Source: Mycoplasmatota bacterium
GTDB lineage: Bacteria; Bacillota_I; Bacilli_A; MAG-NZ
Direction of reading: 5' to 3'
NCBI GenBank assembly: GCA_018394315.1
Contig: CP074575.1
Location: 1,054,001 to 1,116,614 of the forward strand
Length of the DNA stretch: 62,614 bases
In this document: positions 1 through 9,475 of the stretch, in pieces
Position numbering within the stretch: position 1 is the first letter of the stretch
Layout of the letters: each line of letters begins with the position of its first letter
The notes under the pieces: generated by a model
What the model saw: the letters and a program-made list of their open reading frames with translations, nothing else
Database searches by the model: none
What the model was told of the DNA's origin: nothing
Position numbers and translations under genes: made by a program

Positions 1-1
1 G

Positions 2-292
2 AGATTTACTGAACTAGGAACTAGAATATTTGAGTCGATAACGGAGTTTGTTGTAGGTTCAGAATATGAAAAACAAATTGCGCTTACAAACAATGTATGG
101 TGGGCAGTGTTCTTGTATTCAACATTAGCACCAAGAGTAGATTGGTTACTTATGAGTGATGCAGGCCACATATGGATGTTATCTGTATTTGCTGTCATAT
201 TACTATCATTCTTAATATATTTAATTGCTAGAAAGAAGAAAGAAAAAATTAATAATACTAAAGTCATAAAGGGTAAGAGGGTGAGAAAATGA
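2..292 (+). CDS. 3' part of a membrane protein (5'-truncated by the window edge)
   Basis: The frame is open from base 2. It has a C-terminal hydrophobic helix (IWMLSVFAVILLSFLIYLIA) and a Lys-rich tail; the stop overlaps the next ATG (ATGA). Confidence 0.7.
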   Translation, partial: RFTELGTRIFESITEFVVGSEYEKQIALTNNVWWAVFLYSTLAPRVDWLLMSDAGHIWMLSVFAVILLSFLIYLIARKKKEKINNTKVIKGKRVRK

Positions 293-1407
293 AAAAACTG
301 CTAATCATATTAATGGTACTTGCAATATTCATGATACGTATTCCTGAAGGAGTCGCATCTGAAGAACTAAAACAGATTGGTGATAAACAGATACCACCAA
401 CAGAACATCCTCTTTTAATTCATCAGTCATTCGAGACTGTAGGGGATAGAAAATATAGGATGGAGTTAGGTTTTGGAACTAAAACACCCTTTGTAAGAAA
501 TTATTTTCTTACCTATTATGACCTCAATTATAAAATTGAATACATAGTTATTAATAATCAGAAGATATATCCTAAATGGGCTGTCGAAGGAAGAGATGAC
601 GTATATTATGAATTTGGTTATAAAGTAGTAAACCTATTTTCTCCTGTACCGAGTGACGTGTGGATGTGGTATGAGATTACATTTGACAAAGTACTACCAC
701 CCGACATCAATAATAAGTGGTATGTAAATGAAATTAAATTTCAAAATATGAGTTATGACTTTGTGAGTGATAATGGAGAGAAATATCCAACCTACTTGTT
801 TGAGTATGATGACTTGAGTAAATATCCTAGGATTGTTCTTGAGCATGGAGATGTATTTCATCACGAACTAGGTTATTTATTCGTAGAACCAGGATATACA
901 GCATTCTCAACTTACGATGAAACATTGTCACTCGAGGAAAGAGACATTACAAATAGGGTTGTTGAAGACTACGGATCCATAACACCAGGAGAGCCTATTG
1001 AGGTCGAAGATTCATATATCATTAACTATACTGTTGAGGACGATTTTGGAAATGTTGGATCTACTACTAGGCTATTAGTCATTGGTGATGCAGAACCACC
1101 TTTAATAAATGAGGATCCTGAGCCTGAGACACCTTTTGTAGAAGATGGCACAGATACAGCAACTGACAACACAGAGTCTTCATTCGACTTCGAGCAATTT
1201 TTACTCGATTACTGGTGGGTAGGATTAATTATAGCCTTTGCAATTATTATGTTTGCAACCAATAGCTTTACAAAGTCATTTGCAGTGACGATTATTATAT
1301 TCGTCATACTACTTATGATATACGGAAATGAGTTGATTGACTTATCACTTGAAGGATTGATAATAGATGGACTCACAGAAACAGTAGAAAGTAGAATTAC
1401 AAGTTAA
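289..1407 (+). CDS. Secreted, C-terminally anchored protein with a DUF5011-like Ig segment; candidate pIII-like adsorption protein
   Basis: Signal peptide, FVEPGYTA...YIINYTVEDDFGNVGSTTRLLVI Ig-like motif, acidic Pro/Thr linker and two C-terminal TM helices. Confidence 0.7.
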   Translation: MKKLLIILMVLAIFMIRIPEGVASEELKQIGDKQIPPTEHPLLIHQSFETVGDRKYRMELGFGTKTPFVRNYFLTYYDLNYKIEYIVINNQKIYPKWAVEGRDDVYYEFGYKVVNLFSPVPSDVWMWYEITFDKVLPPDINNKWYVNEIKFQNMSYDFVSDNGEKYPTYLFEYDDLSKYPRIVLEHGDVFHHELGYLFVEPGYTAFSTYDETLSLEERDITNRVVEDYGSITPGEPIEVEDSYIINYTVEDDFGNVGSTTRLLVIGDAEPPLINEDPEPETPFVEDGTDTATDNTESSFDFEQFLLDYWWVGLIIAFAIIMFATNSFTKSFAVTIIIFVILLMIYGNELIDLSLEGLIIDGLTETVESRITS

Positions 1408-1679
1408 TGTTTAAGCTGTTTCAGATTGATAGTTTTGAAGAATTTATGGTGTACTTCAATGACTTTAATCCTTCTGTTAAGCTGATACTTTATATAATAA
1501 TTTTTGCTTTAATAGTTTTTATCGCAAAAAAAATAAAGTGGGCCGGAAAGGTAATGAACTATCTAGTGGGGATCACAATAGTCTTAAAACTAGTTTCTAT
1601 GGCTGGATTCCAAGTCACTTGGATAGAAGGTTGGCTTGAAATGGTTAGCTATGCAATAATGTTTTGGGGGTTGGCGTAA
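1407..1679 (+). CDS. Small multi-TM protein; candidate pVI-like minor virion protein
   Basis: 90 aa with 2-3 hydrophobic helices. TAATG coupling on both sides; lies directly upstream of the Zot-like ATPase. Confidence 0.65.
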   Translation: MFKLFQIDSFEEFMVYFNDFNPSVKLILYIIIFALIVFIAKKIKWAGKVMNYLVGITIVLKLVSMAGFQVTWIEGWLEMVSYAIMFWGLA

Positions 1680-3766
1680 TGTTTGAAGTAGAAAGAGTGG
1701 ATAAAATTAAAAATTTCCTAGATAGACTTGCTAGAATACTTAAGCAGCTACTCTTAATAGCAGTAATATATATAGTATATAACTTAATTATAGGAACAAT
1801 TACTCCTGAACAATTATTGAGAATGTCTTTGGTGATTGCTGCAGTAGTTGCAGTAATCGCCATTGTTATATCTCTATTGTATAAGTTTATTTGGGAGTAT
1901 GTTGAATGTGAGATACTAAGGAAGAAATCAGCACAAGTACTTGTAGACACTAAAAAGATACCAATGGTGAGACAAGTATCAGGCGATCAGGGACGAGGTA
2001 AAGATGCAAGTACAACAGCATCTGCAATCTTAATTAGAAAAATGCTGATTGAGAGAGATTTAGAAAGAATGGAAGTTATTAGGGACAAGCTTTATATCTA
2101 TGACTTTGATAAAGTTCATGACTTTCTAGATAGTAGTTATCATGGACGCAAATTCATAGTTAACAGAGAGACAACATTAAAGCAGCGATTTGTGTCAGCT
2201 CTAAGAAAAAAAAACTCATTTCTATTAGGTGAATATAGAGAGTCACATAGTGAAGAGGCAGACGCTCACATTCTTAATTATCTAAAAAGAAAAGAAGGAT
2301 TAAAGATATATAGAGATGGAATAACACCTGGTGGAGTAGCGTTCTTGGATTTACTTCTTGAGTACTTTATTTATTATGTTAGATATGTACATGTAACTAA
2401 CTATATCTTGAGTAATCAACCTATTATAGAAGTACTTGAAATGGATAAGAACAACAAAGTAAAAGAGCTGCTTATGTCGAAGAAATTTAAACAGAGTATA
2501 ATCAGAATTAAAGAGGATAATTCATTCCCAGTTACTCACTCAATGATTGTAGTGGAAACTGAAACAGCAATATTAAACGGAAATGTAGATAAAGCTCAGG
2601 AACAATATGTCAAAGCTATATCAGGTATCAGAGAATTTTTCACACTTATTAGACATTTACTCGGGGAGGATTGTTTTTACTACACTATAACGCAGGATCC
2701 ATTTAGACCCATAAAAGCAGTTAGGGAATTACAACAATGCTACATGGAAGTGTTTGGTTCAACAGAGCGATGTACATCCCCAGTAATAAGAAAGACACTA
2801 GGGATATATATAAAAATATTAAAGCTAATGAATAAGATAAACTTACTTGTAATGAAACTGGATAGAGATAAGGTTGAAGATAAGTTTAGGGGAATTAAGA
2901 GACAGTTAATTAAGACTAGAAACAAGCTAGGAGCTGTACTAGAGAAACTGAAAGTATTTAAGATTATTAAGAAGGCTATCTTTAGAAATAAGAAACGAAT
3001 ATCTAGAAGTAAAGAGATACAAGATAAGCTCGATAATAATGGGTATATTGAGTTTCAAATAGGAGTTTATAAATCCATTAAAGATGTAGGTAAAAAGGTT
3101 AAATTTCCTAAGATGTTCGAGGGAGTTATTTTAGAGAATGAGAGTGAGGCGCATGAAAAGAGGGCATTTGGATTTAGACTTACGTGTAGAAAAAAAGACA
3201 CTTGGTGTAGATATGATACTAAGTTCTTAAGTATATTCAGAAGATATAAAACATATAAGCACTCAGAGACTTTTTATAATCTTATAAACTGGGAGAGTCT
3301 GTCACTAAATGAGAAGGACATAGAGTACATGGACTACGGAGCTTTCAACAACATCATGGATCCTCTGATTGATAACATTGTGGAGTTTGATTCCATTGAG
3401 GATCGTGAAAAGAGAAACTTAGAAATATTGACTCAGTTATCAGTAACAGAGCCTAAGAAGTTTAATAAGATGATTCAAAACGCTGGTTTGATGAAGAAGA
3501 CGAAGATAGTGGCAAGAAAGGTTGATAACAAAGTTATTCCTCAAGCTAGACCAAACTATAATCAGTTAGATATACATGAGTTAATGGATCTAGCTTGTGA
3601 GCGTGGTTATGAAGAATGGGTAATACAGCAGCTAGTAACTGAAGAGGTGCTCAACCAGGATGATATAGAATCTATTGAAGACTTTAACGAAGAACTAACA
3701 GAACATGGATACCATAAGAAAGATAAAATACTAAAGTTTTTAAAGTATTACACTAGTGCATCATGA
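1679..3766 (+). CDS. Zot/pI-like (FtsK-HerA superfamily) morphogenesis ATPase with N-terminal TM helices
   Basis: Two N-terminal TM helices, Walker-A-like SGDQGRGKD, Walker-B-like MIVVETE, then FTLIRH and YTITQ...AVRE, resembling the Zot RH and hhTQ..R motifs. Start taken at the coupled ATG 1679. Confidence 0.6.
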   Translation: MFEVERVDKIKNFLDRLARILKQLLLIAVIYIVYNLIIGTITPEQLLRMSLVIAAVVAVIAIVISLLYKFIWEYVECEILRKKSAQVLVDTKKIPMVRQVSGDQGRGKDASTTASAILIRKMLIERDLERMEVIRDKLYIYDFDKVHDFLDSSYHGRKFIVNRETTLKQRFVSALRKKNSFLLGEYRESHSEEADAHILNYLKRKEGLKIYRDGITPGGVAFLDLLLEYFIYYVRYVHVTNYILSNQPIIEVLEMDKNNKVKELLMSKKFKQSIIRIKEDNSFPVTHSMIVVETETAILNGNVDKAQEQYVKAISGIREFFTLIRHLLGEDCFYYTITQDPFRPIKAVRELQQCYMEVFGSTERCTSPVIRKTLGIYIKILKLMNKINLLVMKLDRDKVEDKFRGIKRQLIKTRNKLGAVLEKLKVFKIIKKAIFRNKKRISRSKEIQDKLDNNGYIEFQIGVYKSIKDVGKKVKFPKMFEGVILENESEAHEKRAFGFRLTCRKKDTWCRYDTKFLSIFRRYKTYKHSETFYNLINWESLSLNEKDIEYMDYGAFNNIMDPLIDNIVEFDSIEDREKRNLEILTQLSVTEPKKFNKMIQNAGLMKKTKIVARKVDNKVIPQARPNYNQLDIHELMDLACERGYEEWVIQQLVTEEVLNQDDIESIEDFNEELTEHGYHKKDKILKFLKYYTSAS

Positions 3767-3867
3767 TTCTATATATTGTTTTGTTTGTGGCGATTCTTTT
3801 CCTGGAGTATAGAATACTCATAAACTTATGGAAACAAAGCGACAGAGGCGTATTTTGTGCTTACTAA
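3763..3867 (+). CDS. 34-aa hydrophobic peptide (MILYIVLFVAILFLEYRILINLWKQSDRGVFCAY)
   Basis: ATG overlaps the ATPase stop (ATGA); single TM-like stretch; below the ORF-track cutoff. Confidence 0.4.
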   Translation: MILYIVLFVAILFLEYRILINLWKQSDRGVFCAY

Positions 3868-4054
3868 TCAGATATATAAGCAAGGAGAAGAGACGTGACT
3901 ATTCACTAGGTGAACATAGATTGCCTTTCCGGTGTTCTTCAATATAAACCTTTTTACGCCATCAATAGAATGGGGTAGAAAAAAAATAATTATTCAAATG
4001 GATTCTATTGATATCTAATTATAAATTATATAACCTATAGCAGGAGGTGAGTTT

Positions 4055-4249
4055 ATGCAAATCATATACGTAATAGCAAAAAACGGAAGGGTCCATGGAG
4101 TTAGAATTGACGAGAACGACATTAATGATTGGAGGATATCAGATCAAGCAACACTTATAGAGGATGAAGAAGCTGCAGTTCAACTGCATAGATTACTAGA
4201 TAGTTCTGCTCAATTTGACAAAGTATCATTATTAACGATTGAAATCTAA
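4055..4249 (+). CDS. Hypothetical protein
   Basis: Strong SD (AGGAGGTG) before the ATG; no recognised motif. Confidence 0.6.
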   Translation: MQIIYVIAKNGRVHGVRIDENDINDWRISDQATLIEDEEAAVQLHRLLDSSAQFDKVSLLTIEI

Positions 4250-4475
4250 ATCATATCTTTAAGTAAGTATTACTATGATGCTAGATATACGTGGATTGTT
4301 TAAATTACTGTTGTGCTGGAGCTACCTACTATTTAATTGAAGTATTTCATCATATTAATACTATGAGCTACATCTAAATTCGATATATCTGACTTTCTAA
4401 TACTTCATGTTTGTCACCAATACTGAGGAAGGTTAGAAAACGAGAATAATAAAATCGTTACAGATAAGAATACAG

Positions 4476-4712
4476 ATGAAAAAAAATGTAGTAAGAAATG
4501 TACTATTTATGTTCCAAAATATCGTTGTGGAGGAAAGAGAGTTTAGCAAAAATGATCTTATAGAGTTGTTTAAAGTAACCGGGAGAAGTATTATCAATTA
4601 TGTTAATGAGATTAATTGCTATCTCTATAATGATTACATCTACAAGGAACTCAAGTATGATAAGTCCAATAAGAGATATATTGTTGTAAGTTTAGAGGAG
4701 TGGGATGATTAA
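4476..4712 (+). CDS. Small winged-HTH protein
   Basis: FSKNDLIELFKVTGRSIINYVNEIN...LKYDKSNKRY resembles the HTH_11/WYL-type N-terminal wHTH. Confidence 0.55.
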   Translation: MKKNVVRNVLFMFQNIVVEEREFSKNDLIELFKVTGRSIINYVNEINCYLYNDYIYKELKYDKSNKRYIVVSLEEWDD

Positions 4713-4826
4713 AAATATTCCCTATTTTTTTCAAAGTGAAGTACTGCTTCCACATCATTTGTTATAATCCCTTGAATTAATTCAATTGGAGATGATCTCA
4801 AAATTAATGCAACAGGGGGAATTGTT

Positions 4827-5030
4827 ATCAAGTCAGAGGCGATATTATTCATTATGTATTACATGTTATTGGGATCGACTTTTGGGAGAACAGAGCTATC
4901 TAAGACCTTCGGTGTTGATACAAGGACTGTTTCCAGATATGTATCTGAGATAAACGTGTTTTTCATGAATAATTATATCAACCATAAGATTGTTTATGCT
5001 GGTGAATTGAAGAAGTACCGAATGGAGTAA
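4827..5030 (+). CDS. Second small winged-HTH paralog (first ATG at 4854; original start possibly mutated)
   Basis: Translation KSEAILFIMYYMLLGSTFGRTELSKTFGVDTRTVSRYVSEINVFFMNNYINHKIVY... aligns by eye with 4476..4712. SD-like GGGGGA at 4815-4820. Confidence 0.55.
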   Translation: MKSEAILFIMYYMLLGSTFGRTELSKTFGVDTRTVSRYVSEINVFFMNNYINHKIVYAGELKKYRME

Positions 5031-5269
5031 CAAAGAAAAAAGAAGTCTAGACTAATAATGAACAAGGGGGATGACATCCCTTTTTCTATTGATGGCTGAA
5101 TGAATATTTCTAGTGCTTCTAAATGCATTTAGATAAATAGTTTGTGATTTAAGTCGAATAGTGTAAAATCAAGGTAGAGGATTCTATAAATATTTATAAG
5201 ATTATATGATTGTTTAACCGTAAGTCTAATTATATTGATTATTTTAAGAAAATTGATAGTAAAAACCCA

Positions 5270-5287
5270 GAGGGACATTGAGTCCCT
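5270..5287 (+). repeat. 18-bp hairpin repeat GAGGGACATTGAGTCCCT, copy 1
   Basis: Identical to 6972-6989; AGGGAC/GTCCCT stem followed by a T-rich tract. Confidence 0.85.
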
Positions 5288-5363
5288 CTTTGATTTGATA
5301 CTACTCTATATGATATTATTAGAATGTATACACATAATTACCAACAATTATGGGGGAAATAGA

Positions 5364-6863
5364 ATGAATAATCCGGCTTATGTTCAGAAATTTGATAATG
5401 TATTGCGAAAGGTTTATCTTAAAGATAGACTGATATTTTCACAGGTACAATCAACACAATTAATGGGAATTCATAACAATAAAGTGCTTGAATACGGGAA
5501 GAAGGGTCTTTTTCCTGAAAATTATGTTTTTTTTTCTTGCAGAAGTATTCAAGATTTCGGAGGAAAACCATATAAGGATTATAACTTTTTAATGAAAAAC
5601 ATTAAAAACCTTGTTTCAAATCAAAATTCTGTTTTAGAGATTTATAATAATTCACACAGTCATGAAGAACTAAAAACAGTGTTATTATATACACAGATTC
5701 CGTTACAAAGAAATTATGAATATTTGTATTACAGGTATAATTATATTTTCAGTTTTGTTAACGACAAAATTGACATGAATACTGTATTTTATAATAAATT
5801 TGGTACTTCTCATATTAGATTTACAGATTTTATGATGAGTTTTATTGTAACTACCAATGCCCTTAAAAATTATCCTATGCGTTATATAAACATGTTAAAT
5901 AATCTCTTTAGGAGATTTAACGATGTAGTCACAGAGTTATCTCAACACAGGGATAAGTTGATAAACATTCATAAACTAAGGAGAAATAAAAATAGACTTT
6001 TCTCAATACTTGATCTAAATATCTTGAACTCATACCCAATTGTATATTTCTACAACGATAAGAAATATTTAGAAATGGCGGTGCCGTTTGTTCCATCTAT
6101 AGTAAATGCATGCACTGAGTCTCTGCTTTTTAGATTGACAGAGAATAAAGACGGTTTAAGATCTATTATAGGAAAAGAAGTACTAGAAGAATATGTTTAT
6201 CATATCATCGATACAAGTACTACATCAGGAGTACATAAGATGATTAGGGAATTTAGTTATAATAAAGGTGATAAGTTTTGCGATATCACATTATTAGATG
6301 ACCACGATAATATCATCTTAGTTGAGATTAAGATGGGAACACCCCCTTTGAAAATAAGAGACATGAATGAAAAGGAAATCAATAATTATAATAAAAGAAT
6401 TTCTGAAGTGATAGTTCAAGCATATAAGAAGATTACTTTGTTACAAAGTGGTTCGATAACATCAGATGACGGTAGCATATCTCTTGTTGCAAAAAGTAGA
6501 TTATTTGGAATAGCAGTTTTAAATAGTGAAATATACCATAATAAAGAGGGTATATATAATTTTGCATTAAATGATTTACGTGATTTTGGTATATCAGTTA
6601 ATATGCAAGAATTATGTGAGAAAGTAATGATAGTATCTCTATATGACTTTGAGAGATGGCTGCATAGTGGAACTCAGACAATAATCAATTATTGCGAAGA
6701 AAACAAAACAAGTAAGACTTTTTTTGATGTTGTTTACAATCCCTCAGGTGTTAATCAGTCGAATTTGATACTTGAAAAATATACTACAATGCTTAGTACC
6801 TTTGTTGATGAAGAGAAAGAGCATTTTGAATTATTCCTGTCTAAGAGTAAAAATAATTCATAA
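5364..6863 (+). CDS. Protein with a C-terminal PD-(D/E)xK (NERD-like) nuclease motif; putative defence protein
   Basis: GKEVLEEYV...CDITLLDDHDNIILVEIK motif. SD GGGGGA before ATG 5364 (the ORF-track TTG start is upstream). Confidence 0.6.
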   Translation: MNNPAYVQKFDNVLRKVYLKDRLIFSQVQSTQLMGIHNNKVLEYGKKGLFPENYVFFSCRSIQDFGGKPYKDYNFLMKNIKNLVSNQNSVLEIYNNSHSHEELKTVLLYTQIPLQRNYEYLYYRYNYIFSFVNDKIDMNTVFYNKFGTSHIRFTDFMMSFIVTTNALKNYPMRYINMLNNLFRRFNDVVTELSQHRDKLINIHKLRRNKNRLFSILDLNILNSYPIVYFYNDKKYLEMAVPFVPSIVNACTESLLFRLTENKDGLRSIIGKEVLEEYVYHIIDTSTTSGVHKMIREFSYNKGDKFCDITLLDDHDNIILVEIKMGTPPLKIRDMNEKEINNYNKRISEVIVQAYKKITLLQSGSITSDDGSISLVAKSRLFGIAVLNSEIYHNKEGIYNFALNDLRDFGISVNMQELCEKVMIVSLYDFERWLHSGTQTIINYCEENKTSKTFFDVVYNPSGVNQSNLILEKYTTMLSTFVDEEKEHFELFLSKSKNNS

Positions 6864-6971
6864 TCGTTGGAATTGTTATCACTGATAATACTCAGACGAA
6901 ATGGTATAAAAAAGTTAAGCAATTATGTGGAAATGTTTCATTATTATTAGATACCATAAATGATTCAGTAT

Positions 6972-6989
6972 GAGGGACATTGAGTCCCT
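6972..6989 (+). repeat. 18-bp hairpin repeat, copy 2 (terminator-like)
   Basis: Identical to 5270-5287 and followed by TTTT. Confidence 0.85.
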
Positions 6990-7113
6990 TTTTCTCTTAT
7001 CAACCCTCTGAAAAAGAAATCCATTCACAAGATGTCAAGATAGGTCATTGTTCTGTGTTTATTAGACCTATTAAACCAATATTTGATATAATATACATAA
7101 AAGGGGGACACAC

Positions 7114-7985
7114 ATGAACGTTAAGATAGATCTAAAATCAGACTTTCATAGTAATATGAGACTGAAGATAATGACTGAGGGTATAATTACCGAAGGTATA
7201 ACTAGAGAAGATACCTTAGTTATAAGATATTTGACATATTTGAGAAAAATCGGTTATCCATCTCAAAAACGACATATTTTCGAATCAGCTAGTTTTCATT
7301 GTCCATCTGCTCACAGAGCGGGATTAGAATGTATAAAAGAGAAACTTAAAGATGGAGAGTCCATTTTTGCTCACCATAGTAAAAAGATAGACAACTTAAA
7401 TGTGAATGACCTTATGTTCAACGAATGGGGAGTAGTGCACCTTCATCTAGGCGTGGAATCAGATTCAAATGATCCTAGATTTGTACAACGCACTGGTCCA
7501 TTATTATTTGTGTTGTTAAGTGATAAAGAGGCATACTTAATTGGTGTAGGAAAGCATGGTGATTGGACTGATTCAAATATCTTAAAAACTATCTATGAAA
7601 ATTGGCCGCAATTTATAGAACGAAATATTGTTGATGCAAAAGGAATCTCCTATGAATTAACTAGTGCAGAACACGCTGGATTAAGAAAAGAAAATATTAA
7701 CGCTGTTCTTGCATTTGAGAGCGGTGGAGTAAAATATACTATACCCCAATTGGAATTGCTACTTCAGGTGATTCTATTAGAGATGTCAGGAATTACATGC
7801 GGGTTATTAGTATTTTAAACATCACTGAGCAAGAGATAATAGAAAATATAGAGGAGAATCTAGAAAAGATTAAAAACATAGGAGGGCTTACATTGTCTGA
7901 TATAGAATGTCGCCTTGAATATGACGATGGGTGGTATGTTGTAGAAATAAACAGTGAAGTAATCATTTCTCGACATTCCTTATAA
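7114..7985 (+). pseudogene. Single ~290-codon gene split by a 1-bp frameshift; YafO/RelE-like RNase motif
   Basis: Adding one C to the CCCC at 7744-7747 joins the two ORFs (...YTIPPIGIATSGDSIRDVRNYMRVISIL...). Motif WGVVHLHLG...RTGPLLF...YLIGVGKH. Confidence 0.6.
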
Positions 7986-8150
7986 AATTCAAAATACTCA
8001 TTATGGATATAAAAATAATCTGGAGAAATCGGATTACTTTTTTTGGAGTAAGAATCTGTCTTTCTAGAAAGTATAATGGATGTATAGTGATGATAATCAC
8101 CCTAGATAGATATTTGAAAAGTTGATGGTGAATTAAGTAGAAATTTGATT

Positions 8151-8181
8151 GGCGTGGGTTCAAATCTCACATGTTTCGTCA
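8151..8181 (+). other. Degenerate tRNA 3'-end fragment (T-arm), possible att relic
   Basis: GTGGG-TTCAAAT-CTCAC forms a 5-bp T-stem with a 7-nt loop, followed by ATGTTTCGTCA. No 5' half is present. Confidence 0.4.
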
Positions 8182-8216
8182 TTTAAATTAATATTGCAAA
8201 CGTTCAGAGCGTTTGT

Positions 8217-8387
8217 TATCCTATATGTGATCACACAGTCAAAAATTTAAATATTGATGGTATAAAGTTATGTACTGTATGTGGAGATTACCTCATAAAA
8301 AGAAAAGGACGATATGGATATTTTTATGGATGTAACTCATTTAAGTATGAGGTTTGTAATTACACCATTAATGTAAAAAATACATAA
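8217..8387 (+). pseudogene. Orphan 3' fragment encoding topoisomerase-type C4 zinc ribbons
   Basis: YPICDHT...KLCTVCGDYLIKRKGRYGYFYGCNSFKYEVCNYT with no start codon or SD. Confidence 0.7.
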
Positions 8388-8464
8388 TGTTATAGAAAAT
8401 GCGACTTTTATAAGTTGCCTTTATTCTGACTAATTTAGCGTGTAAGAGAATATACAGAATTATT

Positions 8465-9304
8465 GGTTCTGTTGCAAAAACAGAGCCTTTCTTATGTAAG
8501 GTAAAATAATATCTTTGATTGGTGTGCTTTATGCAACTTGAAATATCTGATTGATCAAATTGATCTCATCAGATACTAATGAAGTATTAGCTTGTCTCTT
8601 TCGAATCATGTTCATTGATTCGATTCCTTGGATGGTGGAACAAGCTGATTTAAAGTGTTTAAAACCGGGGACATTATTGGTGACACGTTTGATATGTCGA
8701 TGATCTTGCTCAATAATGTTATTCATATATTTGGATGAACGATGTTTAGTTGAAGACGCTAATCTATTTAGTCTCATTTCATTCTTTATCGCTTTAATCG
8801 TTGCCCAGTGTTTATCAGTAGTTATAACTCTAGGATTAGAGTTATGTGGGGAACGGAGTGCTTTTCTAAAAAACTTCTTAGCCGCATATCTATCACGCTT
8901 TTTAGATATCCAAAAGTCAATTGTGTCTCCATGTTGATCAACTGCACGATATAGATATGTCCAGTTTCCATTCACTTTTATATAAGTTTCATCAACTCTC
9001 CACGAATCACTAGTTCTTTTGAGATGCTTTCTTAACCCACGATTAAGGATTGGTGAATACTCAATCACCCATCTGTAGATAGTTGTATGATTGAGAAAGA
9101 GACCTCTTTCTTCCATTATTTCTTGCAAGTTTCTGTAAGATAGCGGATACTTCAAGTACCATCTAACACAAAGAATGATAATTTCGGTTTCAAAGTGTTT
9201 CCACTTGAATATGTTCTTGTTCATAAATAATCCCCAGTTTATTTTAATATTGAGTTATAATTATAACATAAGAAGGTTACCGATAGAATTTTTGCAACAG
9301 AACC
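8465..9304 (-). mobile_element. IS6-family insertion sequence
   Basis: Terminal IRs GGTTCTGTTGCAAAAA (8465) and TTTTTGCAACAGAACC (ends 9304) enclose the transposase. No matching target duplication. Confidence 0.95.
8529..9224 (-). CDS. IS6-family DDE transposase
   Basis: FKWKHF..IIILCVRWYLKYPLSYR, WRVDETYIKVNG.W.YLYRAVD, ITTDK, NNIIEQDHR. Confidence 0.95.
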   Translation of the reverse strand: MNKNIFKWKHFETEIIILCVRWYLKYPLSYRNLQEIMEERGLFLNHTTIYRWVIEYSPILNRGLRKHLKRTSDSWRVDETYIKVNGNWTYLYRAVDQHGDTIDFWISKKRDRYAAKKFFRKALRSPHNSNPRVITTDKHWATIKAIKNEMRLNRLASSTKHRSSKYMNNIIEQDHRHIKRVTNNVPGFKHFKSACSTIQGIESMNMIRKRQANTSLVSDEINLINQIFQVA

Positions 9305-9475
9305 GTATTTTTTAGATGTGGTTCTGTAATCTTCGATAAGTAGTGTGTTCTTAAACATAAGTATATACACTCTATAAATACATTTTAAGAGTGTAGTTTT
9401 GTGTGATATAATAGAAAAAAGAGAAAAACAGTATACCTGTGGACTTATTGAACTAAAAAAATAAAGGGTGATTAT

